Part shown: one piece after another, positions 50,130 through 63,852 of the stretch
Position numbering within the stretch: position 1 is the first letter of the stretch
Layout of the letters: every line of letters begins with the position of its first letter
Assembly: GCF_006345805.1 (NCBI RefSeq)
Contig: NC_043007.1
Coordinates: 2,914,001 to 2,978,000 of the forward strand
Reading direction: 5' to 3'
DNA: 64,000 nt
Source: Octopus sinensis
Lineage: Eukaryota
Notes under the pieces: model-generated
What the model was told of the DNA's origin: nothing
The model's database searches: none
Seen by the model: only the letters and a program-made list of their open reading frames with translations
Made by a program: the position numbers and the translations under genes

Positions 50130-50710
50130 CTGTCAAAAATATTTATTTTCATCCAAATTGATTCAGATACAAAATTCTCAGCGGATTCCTTCACGTTTTC
50201 CTCAAAGATCCTTTCCCATGATTCCTCGGCCTCTGACAAGGTTCCTTTTGCCTCTGGAAGAGAAGCATCCCCATAACATTATGTTTCCACCAGCATGCTT
50301 GAAGTTGAACACAGTGTACTTCGGCCAGAACACTTTTCCTCCCTTTATACTTGACCCAGCTCGCAGCTTTCTCCAAGGAAGAGTGGGTCATCATCCCACA
50401 TGAGACATGCAAGAAGCTTGTGGACACAGAGAAAGAATCGTCTAGAAGAAGTTATAAAAACAAAGGCCATGTTATTAACTATTAAAGAAATATATTGGAC
50501 TCAGTAAACCTAGGGTATTAATAATTTTGAACATAGCATCTTTTGAAAATCCATGAATAAAATACCCCTGAAATGAAGAACTCCTTGGATTGTGTCTTGA
50601 TGTTATTCTTTCACTTGTTGGTCATATGTAACTCATAAACAAACTCGGCAAAATACATTGATTTTACCACAAAAATTAACAAATGTATGGATAATTTTGA
50701 GAACGACTGT
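50130..50710. mobile_element. Tc1 remnant with internal strand switch
   Basis: Minus strand KHAGGNIMLWGCFSS (50130-50360), then plus strand EEWVIIPHETCKKLVD..NRLEEVIKNKGH and a right end ...gactg|ta. Confidence 0.65.
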
Positions 50711-53700
50711 ATATTTATGCTATATTCATATGCGACGTGGTTGGTGTTTAGTTCCGTGTAATCTTTAATCAAGCTGAACTCCCAGGAAAATTATTGCAGC
50801 TGTGACTCTTGTGTTTTTCACCACTATACACCCAGAATTTCATAATACCGCGAGAGTTGTTTTTGTTCGATCACAAAACAGCGTGACGCATAAGAGACGC
50901 GGGAAACTTAGCTGTTATTTATATAAGAATGAACGACCACGGTCAGACACTGTCTGTGGCTTGATAATTATACCAGTAAACGTTATTCATAAGTGAGTGA
51001 AACTTACATTCGACAAATTATTGAATCAAAGAATTTTTAAATAACGTTGCGAGAATACAATTTGCGTGAAATGTTGAGTGGAATACGTGAGTTTATTTGC
51101 AAGGATACACTGGTACAGGTTTCAGATTCAGACAATATGAATATGTAAAATGTCTGTATAAATATCAGAAGAGGGGAAGAATTACAAAACAGTAAAGAAA
51201 TAAAACTTAGAGTAAGCGAGAAATAAAGAGATCGAAAGTAAAGAAAAGAGACAGGGAATTAGAGGCATAGTGAAAGTAGAATGGAAAAAAAACGGTGAAA
51301 AAAGAAAGAGAAGAATGGAGAAATTAGACGGAGTAAGAGGAGAAAGAAAGAGAAGACCGTAGCGAAAGAGAAAGTGATTTTCGCTTTTGTAATCTAGGCC
51401 TATATATTGGAAGATGAATAATGCCAGAACACTAAGTGCCATACACACTGGCAGTACAGGTAGACGTCCATACTGCATGTGAACCGATGCCATACCAATA
51501 TCATTATTATTTACTTCAAGAAAGGTGTCAAGCTGGCAGAATTTTAGGAGCGTTGGTAAAATGTGTTTCGATATTTTTGCGGCTCTTTACGTTGAAGGGC
51601 CGTCAATTTCATAATTGATTTCCATCCTTTCGAAAATCAGATAAAAGATTACATGTCAAGTGTTGTGATCGATGACCTCCTCCTCAAAATTACGTGCTTT
51701 GTGCCTAACCGTTATTTATTGCGAGTCAGTGTACATCTTTTGCGTGTATGTGTGAATGTATGCATGTGAGAAACCTGGAGCTAACGAGATAAGACAGAAT
51801 CTAAACTTCCAGTGCTGCTGTGAGTGTGGGTCTTTGAAAATAACCACAATCCTTTGGGAAACCGATTATAGCAGTGACTTGATCAATTCCTAGCAATATC
51901 TGAAGAAGGGATTTTTATATTCCGAAACATTATTATATCAGACGATGAATAATTAAATTATAATTATAGTCCACTCTGCATAGTTGTGCCATTGAAGACA
52001 CGTTATGTTTCACAACCATAATCCTATTTGTATATGAATGACTGAAGGATATTGTTCCAAGTCTGAGCTCCCATAATGTATGATCCATGATATATAAATT
52101 GTTTAAAATTACTGCAGAATGTCAGGAGAAGAAATTTCATAATGACTGGCCTTCATCAATAATGGCAAGAGCGACAACCATGTAATGGAAGATATGATAT
52201 GGTAAACAATACATTTTTTTACTTGATGTGTCCATGACTCATGATAATCCTCCAAGACTGGTGCGATTATTGTCGTTAATGATCCATTTAAACATTTTGC
52301 AAACACCTGCAGGAATTACTTGAGCAGGGAGGAGATCATGTAGGACGAATTTCTGGGGAATATGGAATATACGTAATGTCTAAAACTGAACAAAGCTGGG
52401 CTCAAAAACTGTCACGAGAGGTAAAGAGAGACAAGTGGATTGTGTGTCTCAGAGGTGGAGGTACCAGTGTAGTCAGATTCGACTAGGATAATCAATTACA
52501 GAAGTGATAGAAGAGAGAGAGAGAGAGAGAAAAAAAAAAGAAGCCAGTACATATGTTGGCCAGAGATTGGAGTGTGTCCATTAGTTGTGATATGAAGATC
52601 AGTCGCCGACCTTCTCTGGAAATGAACCACATTTTCTATCACTTGTATAAAAGATGTACCATTAGTAATATAATATGATTATTGATCCACTCAACGAAAA
52701 TTTGATACCAGTAACATATGTGTGTGTCACAATATTGTTTGAGAAATATTATTCCATTCTTCACCACCAAAGTATTGCATAATTTTGCTGTCTACTGTAA
52801 GAAGAAATAAATGTTACCCAAGAAGAATTTTTTACTTGCGAAGTTCAGCAGACAACCAGATTACAGAGACTGAGCTATAACAATTCAATTTTCGTCAGGA
52901 ATTTATATCATTTCCAGTTTGTATTTGACATTTCTTTTATGGTTAGATTGGTAGTTTACTCATTGCTCTTATAGTCTCCGTGTATTTCTTTGTTTTTCTC
53001 TTTTATATTCCTGATATTTCTCAAAGCCTAACGCTAACTGGATTGGTGACACTCGATTTTTATTGGCCAGTGGACAATTTCTTTCATAGACTAAACAAAC
53101 CTCTGAACCAATGAAAAAGATAAATTTCCATGAGAGAAGTTAGTTTACAATATAGTCACGGCATTAAAGTTGCCAGTCAAATTTCATGACTGCTGTTTTA
53201 TGTGGACACTATTTAACCTGCCGCCATATCGTGAATACACAAAATATTATGACACTTTTGATAGCCAAGCAAAAAGTTTATAAATGATCAAATATTTTCG
53301 ATGTGTGAAGGGTTGATAAATATAAGTAACAATTATAAATCAAACTTAACCAATATAATCAACATCGTATATAGACAGCGCTGTTTATATGATGTTTGCG
53401 CACAGGATTCCAATCATAAGCAAAACACTATTAGTCTCTGGCGCATATATTTTTATTGACTGCTTTTTGTAGGTCTTCAAATATTCAAAGTTTTTCTGCT
53501 TCTTTGAAAGTTTCTCTACATCTTTTACTGATATTTTTTTTTATATCGACTGAGATAAATACATTAATCAATATTACTCGAATTGCAAACTTAATGATAA
53601 TTTGAAACTGAAAAGATTAACGTGTCCCATTTTGGCTTCAAGCAGTGTCAGAGTTATATCAGAATTATATTATTTAACAAGCATGGGTTCTTAAAAATTG

Positions 53701-53769
53701 CCAAAGTAAATATCTTTCACCAGATATTTTATCCAACACTCTGAACAGTAAAAAAGCGACCGCTATTTA

Positions 53770-54075
53770 TGGACTTATAAAAAGTGGCTTCGGGTTCAGT
53801 ATCACTATATGGCACCTTGGGCCGACCAAAGTCTTATCACTGGATTTAGTGAACGGAAACTGAATGAAGTCCATCATATGTGTGTGTTTGTGTGTATGTG
53901 ATTTAGAGTTGCTTCACAACCGGTGTTAATTTGTTTATGTCCCTGTAAGCTAGTGGTTCTACAAAATAGACTGATCCAATAAGTACCATGCTTAAAACAT
54001 ACATTCTAAGGTCGATATGTTGGGCTAAAATCGTTGAAGCTGGTGATGCGCCATCATACTGGCCATACATTTACT
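53770..54075 (+). mobile_element. degenerate SINE (family of 1154-1578)
   Basis: gggttcagtatcact..ggcaccttgggc..gaacggaaactgaatgaag..ggccatacatttactgaaac. Confidence 0.6.
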
Positions 54076-54202
54076 GAAACAAAAATATCAATAAAGATAA
54101 AAGAATATATTATTTTGGGGAAACTGCTGTAGCACAAGCGTCGGACTAAAACGGAGTCACTGGTCATCCGGCTATCCGAATGGCAGGATCTGTATAGTTG
54201 TA

Positions 54203-54625
54203 TATTTCTTATTTCTTTATTGCCCACAAGGGGCTAAACATAGAAGAGACAAACAAGGACAAATAAAGGGATTAAGTCGATTAAATCGACCCCAGTGTGT
54301 AACTGGTATTTAATTTATCGATCCCGAAAGGATGTAAGGCAAAGTCGACCTCGGCGGAATTTGAAGTCAGAACGTAACGGCAGACGTAATACCTATTTCT
54401 TTACTACTCACAAGGGGCTAAACACAGAGAGGACGAACAAGGACAGACAAACGGATCAAGTCGATTATATCAACCCCAGTGCGTAACTGGTACTTAATTT
54501 ATCGATCCCGAAAGGATGAAAGGCAAAGTCGACCTCGGCGGAATTTGAACTCAGAACGTAACGGCAAATAAAATACCGCTAAGCATTTCGCCCGGCGTGC
54601 TAACGATTCTGCCAGCTCGCCGCCT
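54203..54625 (-). mobile_element. dimeric SINE, both monomers with Tx1-type tails
   Basis: Head-body-tail(gtagtaaagaaatag), re-entry at gtatt, then body-tail(gggcaataaagaaata). Confidence 0.88.
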
Positions 54626-54931
54626 TCATTGTATATTTCTATGACTGTACTCTTCTGAAGGTGGATGTTTGCGCCCACTTCCCACATTTCATTTATTATT
54701 TTATTCATATTACAATATGTTACATAAGACGCAATGCACACACACACACACATTCACACACACACACACTCACACACACATACTCACACACACATACACA
54801 CACACACATACACACACGTATGTATATCTTGTGTTTCACTATTTGTTTTGTATGATTCTTTATGTGAAAACGATAGTTGAAATAGATATTATTATACGAG
54901 GTGGTATCAAAAGGTTCCAGGAGTTATGTTT

Positions 54932-55152
54932 AATGGAAATTAACTTAGATATGATAAAAAAAAATATTCAGACAAATACATAACAAAAACACCAGGACTA
55001 ACAAGTATATATAACATACAGAAAATAACACTACAGGGCACCTACGTAAAACACTTTCCATACAATAACCATCAGAGCATCACAACAAACCACGGCACAT
55101 ACTTAAGGCGCTCGTTAGTGCAATGAAAGCACGTTATAAAATTAAGACTACT
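54932..55152 (+). mobile_element. R4/Dong-like LINE 3' tip (family of 34376-34730)
   Basis: Shares cagacaaatacataacaaaaacaccaggact and the 3' UTR; followed by (AAT)n. Confidence 0.7.
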
Positions 55153-55244
55153 GAATAATAATAGTAATAATAATAATAATAAGAAGAAGAAGAAGAAGAA
55201 GAAAAAGAAGAAAACAACAACAACAGCAACAACAATAATAATGA

Positions 55245-55297
<53 letters not shown>

Positions 55298-55408
55298 GTA
55301 ATAATAGTAATAATAATAATAAGAAGAAGAAGAAGAAGAAGACGAAGAAGACGAAGAAGATGAAGAAGAAGAAGAAAAAGAAGAAAAACAACAACAACAA
55401 CAACAATA

Positions 55409-55460
<52 letters not shown>

Positions 55461-55500
55461 TTAGTAATAATAATAATAAGAATAATAATAATAAAAATAA
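55153..55500. repeat. (AAT)/(AAG)/(AAC) compound array
   Basis: Seen directly. Confidence 0.95.
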
Positions 55501-55989
55501 AAGGTCAATGTTTTGATGCGTGACCTTTGTCCAACTCTGTACATTGGTTTTCCATTTCCGTATACAAGAGCATGGAATTTGATAGATTATTGTCGGGAGA
55601 TCAAAAACCGTTTCCGATTCCACGCAATTATTTTGCATCGTATGCGAAGATAAAAAAAAAAATAAGACAATTTCAGTTTTTTTCTTTCCATTGTTGTTAC
55701 CATAAAACCTCGCTGATCTGCTTTGTTACAGTTTGACCCTCACTCTCTCAACAGAGGAAGCATAATAAACATTGTGATATTTCAGTCGAGTTTGCGTGAA
55801 CCTTATTGTAAACAACAGTATTAGCCTAAAGACAAGAGTGGCTTGTAAGATCAATGCATAATACCATGTTCTTAATACTTGATATCCTATAACAAATATT
55901 AGCTGTGGAATATATTTCTACAAGCTGCGAACTTTCCTGTTTGTCTTTGACTTAGATAGTTTGAAGATCTCTAAGCATATTCCTTCTAA

Positions 55990-56185
55990 GTTTGGCATGT
56001 GACCAGCAAGTTTGAGAGGAGGGGCTAGTCAATTATATCGGCTTTAGTGCTGAACTCATACTTATTTTATCGACCCCTGAATGGATTAAAGACAAAGTCG
56101 ACCTCAGTCGCATACGGAATCAGAATATAAAGAACCGGCGCATTTGGTCCGGCATGCCAACGATTCTGCGAGGTGGCTGCCTTGG
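55990..56185 (-). mobile_element. degenerate SINE
   Basis: ttttatcgacccctgaatggattaaagacaaagtcgacctc body. Confidence 0.55.
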
Positions 56186-56429
56186 GATCACGAAAAGATA
56201 TTCTATTTGTCGAGCTGCAGTGATTAGGCCATAACATCTTCACTCTAAAAACTTTGGTGGTCTGTTATAAGACTATAACGATGTATGATTATAAGACAAT
56301 ATCATTTTCGTAAGATTGTATGATATTTTATTCATTGATTACAAGATCGTGGTCTAGGAATAGCTAGCGAAGTAATTAATTAAAATAATGATAAATATTT
56401 TTTAAATAATGATATAATTTTTATATTTA

Positions 56430-56680
56430 GTGGACGCGCGTGGCATAGTGGTTAGGGTGTCAGCACCATGATCGTAATATTTGTGGTTTCGATTCCTGGA
56501 CCGGGCGACGCATTGTGTTCTTGAGCAAAACACTTCATTTCAAGTTGCAACAGTCCACTCAGCTGGCAAAAATGAGTAACGCTGCAATGGACTGGCATCC
56601 CGTCCAGCTGGGGAACACATACGCCATAGAAACCGGGAAACCGGGCCCATGAGCCTGGCTAGGTTTTTAAAGGGCGCATT
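56430..56680 (+). mobile_element. tRNA-headed SINE with conserved-type central domain
   Basis: A box gtggcatagtggtt, B box gtttcgattcc, central gtgttcttgagcaaaacactt..cagtccactcagctgg, tail gcaatggactggcatcccgtccag. Confidence 0.8.
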
Positions 56681-56784
56681 TATTATTAGTTCAAATATAC
56701 ATGAATATATTTCCTAATACAAATGTCCTACTCAGGTAAAAATTGATGAGTGTATACACACACACACAAAAACACACACGTACA

Positions 56785-56827
<43 letters not shown>

Positions 56828-57300
56828 GCTACAGATGGGAACGATGATGTCCCATCGCAAACATTAATCAGATACAGAGACAGCGTGTCGTTATCCAGCT
56901 GGAGGAAATACCCTCCTCGGGCTATAAACAACAGTAGCATCGTCCCCTATGGGACTGCCACATTTAGGTGGCAAATATACTTCACAACTATATATACAAT
57001 TTCGAATATTTTCCTTCCGATTTTATGATTCGTCGAGAGAGCGCACAACCTGTTACTTGTTCCTTATGGTTGTGTCCTTATAATCGTGACGTCGTGTATT
57101 TTATTCCTGGATTTGGTAGCGCGTGGTATCGTTCAGTTATTGTATTTTATTTTCCTCCAGTCCACTCAGTCGATGATGTGTGACATCTTATTGCAAGTGT
57201 AGCATTGTCTTCCTTCATTTGCCACATCCTAATTTTTCTGATGAGACAAGGGAAAAATCTTCAAGAAGATGTCTGTATCGGTTAACAACTTTATGGTTAA

Positions 57301-57877
57301 CTAGCAGTATAGCCCGGCGTTGATCGGGTTTGTTTTTCAGTTGCGCTTAAAACGGCAGACGTTGATGTCGCGTTAACAAAGCTTTGACATAGTTTCAAGC
57401 AATGAATAGAAGTACAGTGTGGCGATGCTCGAGTTTGCTCCGAGTGTGCTCACCTCTGCATTGGATCAGCTGATCCGTCGTTTGCTCAAAACAAATGACA
57501 TCACAAAAAACTTATTTTCGACCCTTTAGAATTGGAATTTTTGAAAAGTAAAACTTTTGCATTATGTAACTTGTTATTCTCTTTAAGTGAACATTTTCTG
57601 GTTGAAATACGAAAAATGGCGACACAGCAGTCAAAAAGTCGTAAAAAATAGGGATTTTTATAGAAAAAAAGTACCTTTTTGATGTAAATAATTTTTCGTG
57701 TTAACATGGTCCGATTTGAAATTTTTCGTCTACGGAATGAAGAGGAAGGCTTCTTCTATCATACTCTCAATTTTGATCAACTTGCGCCGCAGAGTCCCGG
57801 AGGAGATAGTGTTAGTTGAAAGTTACCAAACCTGCCACACACACACACACAGACAACTTCAGCTTTATATATAGAGA
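57301..57877 (-). mobile_element. non-autonomous Helitron, intact copy
   Basis: 5' TC, 3' hairpin plus CTAG, A|T target; collinear with 19378-19529 plus 25259-25502, with an extra ~185 bp. Confidence 0.78.
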
Positions 57878-58462
57878 TTATATAACATTTAGCAAACGTG
57901 TGCTATATGTTACTAAGCCGTACTCGCTTACGTCTGACGGCTGTAGTCTTTAGACAAATAAACAGTAATATCACATATTTATCTCTAGCAATAAATTGGA
58001 AGTGTCCGTCTTATACCGTGTACTTCCGTTTTATTTGATGCTTTAATTTAACTGATTGAATAGTTTCTTTGTTGGCAATTAATATGTCTCCGAGAAATAT
58101 TTGTTGTACTATTTATTAGGCGTTTTATCTCTGATTACCAATAATATTTAATGTTTGGAGTTTGACGTTTTATATATAGATGCTAATAATGTTTAATGTG
58201 ACTTCATGGATTTGATTATTTCACAGCATTTCAAAACTGAATTGCATATTTATGATTCATTTTAATTTAATGTGATATATTTGGCAAATATCTCTTTCTA
58301 TACATTTATTAATATATATGTCTAGCTCTTTCTTTCAAATGTATTATATGTATAAAACTTCACGTTATATGTTACTGGTGTGAGGGAATTTCTTTCAGAT
58401 ATAGTTTCTAATATACTAGTATTAATTCTGCATTTAAAGATTGGCGAATCACTTTTCGTGTA

Positions 58463-58495
<33 letters not shown>

Positions 58496-58597
58496 CATCA
58501 TCATCATCATTATTATTCAGGTCACTGCCAGGAATCGAACTCAGAATCTTGGTGTTAGTAGTCCGCGCTGCTAACCACTTCTTCTGGAATGGTGAAA

Positions 58598-58923
58598 TGT
58601 GATTTCTTCTTGTGGGGATATTTAAAATCAAAAGTATTCAGTCATCGCCCTCGATCTATTGATAAATTAAAACGTTCAATTTTTATAGAAATAGCAACCA
58701 TTCCAGAAGAAATGATCCATAGAGTTATCGATTATCTTTCATGAACGTCTCCAACAGTGTGTTGACAATGATGGGAAATATTTTGTTGATTTAAGTTTTA
58801 AAACTTAATGAAATAATATGACATTATATGTACATACAGAAAATAAAATTTTTCTTTTCATTATTTCTTATTTTGTGCTTTTATTAAGCCTCCAAATGTG
58901 TCAGATCATTTTGGTCCACCCTG
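58598..58923 (+). mobile_element. IS630/Tc1/mariner 3' remnant
   Basis: CDFFLWGYLKSKVFSHRPRSIDKLK..EIATIPEEMIHRV..HERLQQCVDNDG; right end ggtccaccctg|ta. Confidence 0.8.
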
Positions 58924-60367
58924 TATATAGAGAATCGGGAGTTTCCATTCCCTTCCTGAAGTAGATGCTTAACACTATATCACTTACATATTATGACTCC
59001 TTGTATGAAAATATCTTTTATGTAGGTTTTATCATAGTTATCATTTTCAGAATACACGGCACCATAACGTAACACAATTCTTTTGAAATGTTAGTTGTTA
59101 TGTGTACGCTTGTTATGTTAGTATAGACTATGATAAAGATATCAGCTGAAGTATAATTTTCGCATAATTCAGAAGTACATTATCATATCCCTAGGGCAAG
59201 GCAATCTTCAACAATATGATAATGTAGATTCTTATCTTTCAGATAAACATTACTTGTGATTGATTGGTGAATGTCAGTTGTATGTAACTCGAAGTGAGAT
59301 ACTAGAATCGATAGCTATTAAGCAAGAGCAAAGAAAATTCCATTATAAACGCCAGGTTCATGGTTGTCGATAAAAGTAGTTGACTAAATAATAGTCGTGA
59401 TGAAAATATCGACAATATAACATTCAATGCATCAGGAATGTGATGCGGTTTATCAGCAACTACTAAAGCATGAAAAGTTTCAAATAAAACATCTTAAAAT
59501 CTTGGATTTGATTCGGGAATTTTAAAATAAAATGCGAGCTTCAAGATATGTTAGACGTAACAATATGCAGAATGTATAATAATGAAATATTAGTTGGTAT
59601 CTACAAGAGATATGATTGGTAGTTTTTGAATATATTGGGAATCAGTGTAGGAATATACTAATAAAATGGATGTAGTGTATCTTCATTTACGTCTCTTCCA
59701 GACGTTACAGTCGGCTGATGCGACATATTTAAAAATGCTGTCGTAACATTTGGTAGCATCAAAGAGACAATAACGTACCTAGCGTATTTTGCTGTTTCCT
59801 TATCTGGTTTGAATGATAGAACGTGCTTTAAAGACGTAATTCTAGGCAATGGATAATGGCAATCTAAGCCTTACTGACATTAGTATTACTCTATACATTC
59901 TATTTCGGTTGTTCTACGAAATAACCATGCGATATTGTTGGCATCCGTTTATCTGCTAAAGTGATTAAAATCTACCTTGATGCACCGGATTCCATCTATA
60001 GTTTATCAAGCACAAGCTTATATTCTTGAAATCTCTACCAATATTGCTGTAATTATTTATTGGCTAAATCACAAAAGCCCAGTTTCTTAGGTATTAACGT
60101 TTGGAGTATAGCAAACGCATTGTATAATTGTATATTCCGGAGTGATTCCTCGTATTTATAACATTTATTCAATTTAGTAAACCTACAGGGAAAGTGAAAT
60201 ATTGGACGAAGCTTGAATTCTCATTTATAATTCTCCTATAATTAATAGCTTCTTTCTAAGTTACAAGTCTTGGAATTCAGACCGCGTCTCCAGTATTTGA
60301 TAGGTTCTTCATTTTATCTAATGCAGAGTATCGAAAGTTGACTGATATACATACATAAATACATACA

Positions 60368-60790
<423 letters not shown>

Positions 60791-61037
60791 AAATGATAAA
60801 AATATTCACTAAGCTACATAAGAAGAAATATTAAAAATTCTGGAATGTCTGGAACTCCAGCGATGCGCATCTTGCAGACTCCGCGAATGCAATTTCAAAA
60901 GTCATCCGATCATTTACAAGTAAAATTCTTAATTTATTTGTACTGCAGTTATGGTTTGATATCAAATAATTATGATTCAAATTTAACGTATGGCATTTTG
61001 CAGACTTATTTCGATACACATCGAAATATTCTTTTCT

Positions 61038-61435
61038 ATTCTTTTCTACTCTAGGTACAAGGCCCGAAATTTTGGGGGAGGGGTCAATCGATTCGATCGA
61101 CCTCAGTGCGCCACTGGTACTTATTTTATCGACCTGGAAAGGATGAAAGTAAAGTCAGCCACGGCGGAATTTGAACTCAGAACGTAAAGACAGACGAAAT
61201 ACCTATGTCTTTTCTACCCACAAGGGGGCTAAACACAGAGAGGACAAGCAAGGACAGACAAGAGGATTAAGTCGATTATATCGACCCCAGTACGTAACTG
61301 GTACTTATTTATTCGACCCCGAAAGGATGAAAGGCAAAGTCGACCTCGGCGGAATTTGAACTCAGAACGTAGCGATAGATGAAATACGGCTACGCATTTC
61401 GCCCGGCGTGCTAACGTTTCTGCCAACACGCTGCT
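61038..61435 (-). mobile_element. dimeric SINE: internal Tx1-type tail, terminal type-2 tail
   Basis: First monomer ends gccccttgtgggtagaaaagacatag, re-enters at gtatttcgtctg, and the second ends ccctcccccaaaatttcgggccttgtacctagagtagaaaagaat. Confidence 0.85.
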
Positions 61436-62305
61436 TTACACATCGAAATATTATTAAAGCAGTATAATAATTTGTTCAACACTATTTAATAATCTGAGTA
61501 CAATATCCATATGAGAGAATACTGTTGAGAAGGAAGCCATAATGCAGCAGCATTTTATAAAGGTTTTATTGTTGCATATTTCTGAACAAACACCATTACC
61601 GAAACAGGAATATAATAAGTACCATCTGCCAAATAAACGCCAACTTATACCTTAATGACAATCAAATGTGTATCTAATATTTATGAAACGTCTACTTAAC
61701 GATGACAGACTTCTCTTCTGAATTTCTGATTGGTCTTACTATATATAAATCAAAAGAGAAGCATTTGTCTAATATGTTTATTTCCATGCAAGATCACGGA
61801 TAACTGATGCGATGTTTTCTAAATTCTAAATATCACCTTCTATCCATGTTTGTTTTTGGAAAAAAAATACAAAAAAAATGATTGGTCATTCTTCTAAGTC
61901 ACATAAAAGCTGATGCATTGAATTTCAAACACAGAAGATTTTCGATTACCTGAAATTTCAGTTACACAAAGAAAACAAATTAAAGCTGTAGCTGTTAGTT
62001 CCTTGCAACGAAAAAGAACGGTAATTTCCAAAAATATTAATATGACTTTCAGCAAAAATATTAATTGATTGAATATGAAGAATAGAATGCACATCAGCAA
62101 GGCAATTACGTAGTTTATTCTCCCTCATTGTCTATTGCCAGTTAACGCCAATTGCTAATTGGTTAAATCCTCTTAACTAATTAGCAAAGATATTTCTTTC
62201 TAAGGGCTTACTAGAAACACTTACGAAGAATATGTACCGTTATTAACTTGCATAATAAAAGGCTAAATAAGATAAAGGGAAGTAACTATAGTATTAGAAT
62301 GGTAA

Positions 62306-62630
62306 AAAAGACTCCGTCGGTTACGACGACGAGGGTCCCAGCTGATACGATCAACGGAACAGCTTGCTCGTGAAATTAACGTGCAAATGGCTGAGCATTC
62401 CACAGACACGTGTACCCTTAACGTAGTTCTCGGGGATAATCAGCGTGACACAGAGAGTGACAAGGCTGACCCTTTGAAATACAAGTACAACTCATTTTTG
62501 CCAGCTGAGTGGACTGGAGCAACGTGAAATAAAGTGTCTTGCTCAAGGACACAACGCGTCGCCGGGAATCGAACTCACAACCTTACGATCATGAGCCGAA
62601 TGCCCTAACCACTAAGCCACGCGCCCTCAC
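62306..62630 (-). mobile_element. tRNA-headed SINE with 13-bp TSD
   Basis: TSD attagaatggtaa at 62293-62305 and 62631-62643; head and centre like 56430, 3' half like 29231. Confidence 0.9.
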
Positions 62631-63693
62631 ATTAGAATGGTAAGAGAATAGATAAATGAGGTAAGCAGTGATGCACAACCCGACACAGACAAGTGAAATC
62701 GATTAACTGACATGTTTTTTTGACCATATAAAAATCAATAGTTTATGGCTAAAGGTTTCGATAGTAAAATATCTCCACTTTTCTTTATTATGGTTGAGCT
62801 CAAATTATTTGCGCACTACTACGCTTCATATATTGAGCATCTCTGGATCTCGCCTATTGACTTTTACTATGTGGCAGGGCGCGTGTGTGTATGCGTGTGC
62901 CTACCTACATACACACACACACACATAAACATATGTATGTATATATGTATATATGAAGACATATTTCATAGTATATGTGTATGTGGTGTGTATATGTGTC
63001 TAAGTGAATTTATAATAGAGTTGTAAACCGCTGAATTGATATAACAAAGAGTAAAGGCGATTGTTCTTCATACCGAGCTACCTGGGGCTAGATTGCGTCC
63101 ATTTATAAGACATTTAACTTTCAGGTATTCCAACGTTCGTCACTGCAAACAGCAAACAATGGTAAATCGGAGAACACCTAAAATCAATAACTTATCTCCA
63201 TAATTAACTATTGTTTTCCTAGCTCTCAGCGTTAAGTTGAATTCTTTCTCAAGAGTGTATTTGCGAAATGCAATTGACTTTGCTATGCATCTGATATGCT
63301 ACAGGGATACGAAATATCCAGTATCATTGTAACTTGCAAATGCATTTAATTATCGCGTACAACAATAAATGCATTGAAATGAGCTATTTATGTGTTTGTT
63401 ACTTTAACAGATATCTTTGTAGGGTAAGAAGATCCCGTCGTACCACGCTTCTCTGTGTTTAATCCGACTGTTGAACTTTCGTAAGCCTAAAGTGTGCAAA
63501 TAGAGACGAGAGGCAAAATATTTTTATATTTTTTTCAGTGGAAATATTACAGTTTGTATGTCTTGGCTTTTCCATTGCATAGTCCTGTTAAATAATATTT
63601 GTGACTTGGTAGCTGGGTCTTATTTCATTCCAATTTTCATATATCATATTATATAGTGTGAAAGCCCGTGGCTTAGTAGATAATATATTCGTC

Positions 63694-63852
63694 TCATCTC
63701 TTCAACTGACTTATTTCAAAAGCCTTCAACGAGGACTTTACATACAACTTAGGCCGTTGTCTTCGTTTCACCTCAGGGCGTTTTCCTCCAAGAAGTTCAC
63801 CATTTACCATCTGCTTAGGGATCCCCCAATTATTCATCTGAATAAGGTATCC
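63694..63852 (-). pseudogene. RTE-clade LINE ORF C-terminal fragment
   Basis: GYLIQMNNWGIPKQMVNGELLGGKRPEVKRRQRPKLYVKSSLKAF matches the GH..RM..RIPKQ..YGEL..GKR..KD..K.SLK pattern. Confidence 0.7.

Noticed and set aside
59658-59849. Short ORFs in unique DNA (also 52109-52306 and 60845-61054)
   Set aside because: Lengths are expected by chance, with no recognisable motif or splice support.
62560-62630. tRNA gene (also at 29540-29612, 56430-56500 and 58520-58575)
   Set aside because: These are tRNA-like SINE heads: the acceptor stem is not closed and they continue into SINE bodies, one with a TSD.
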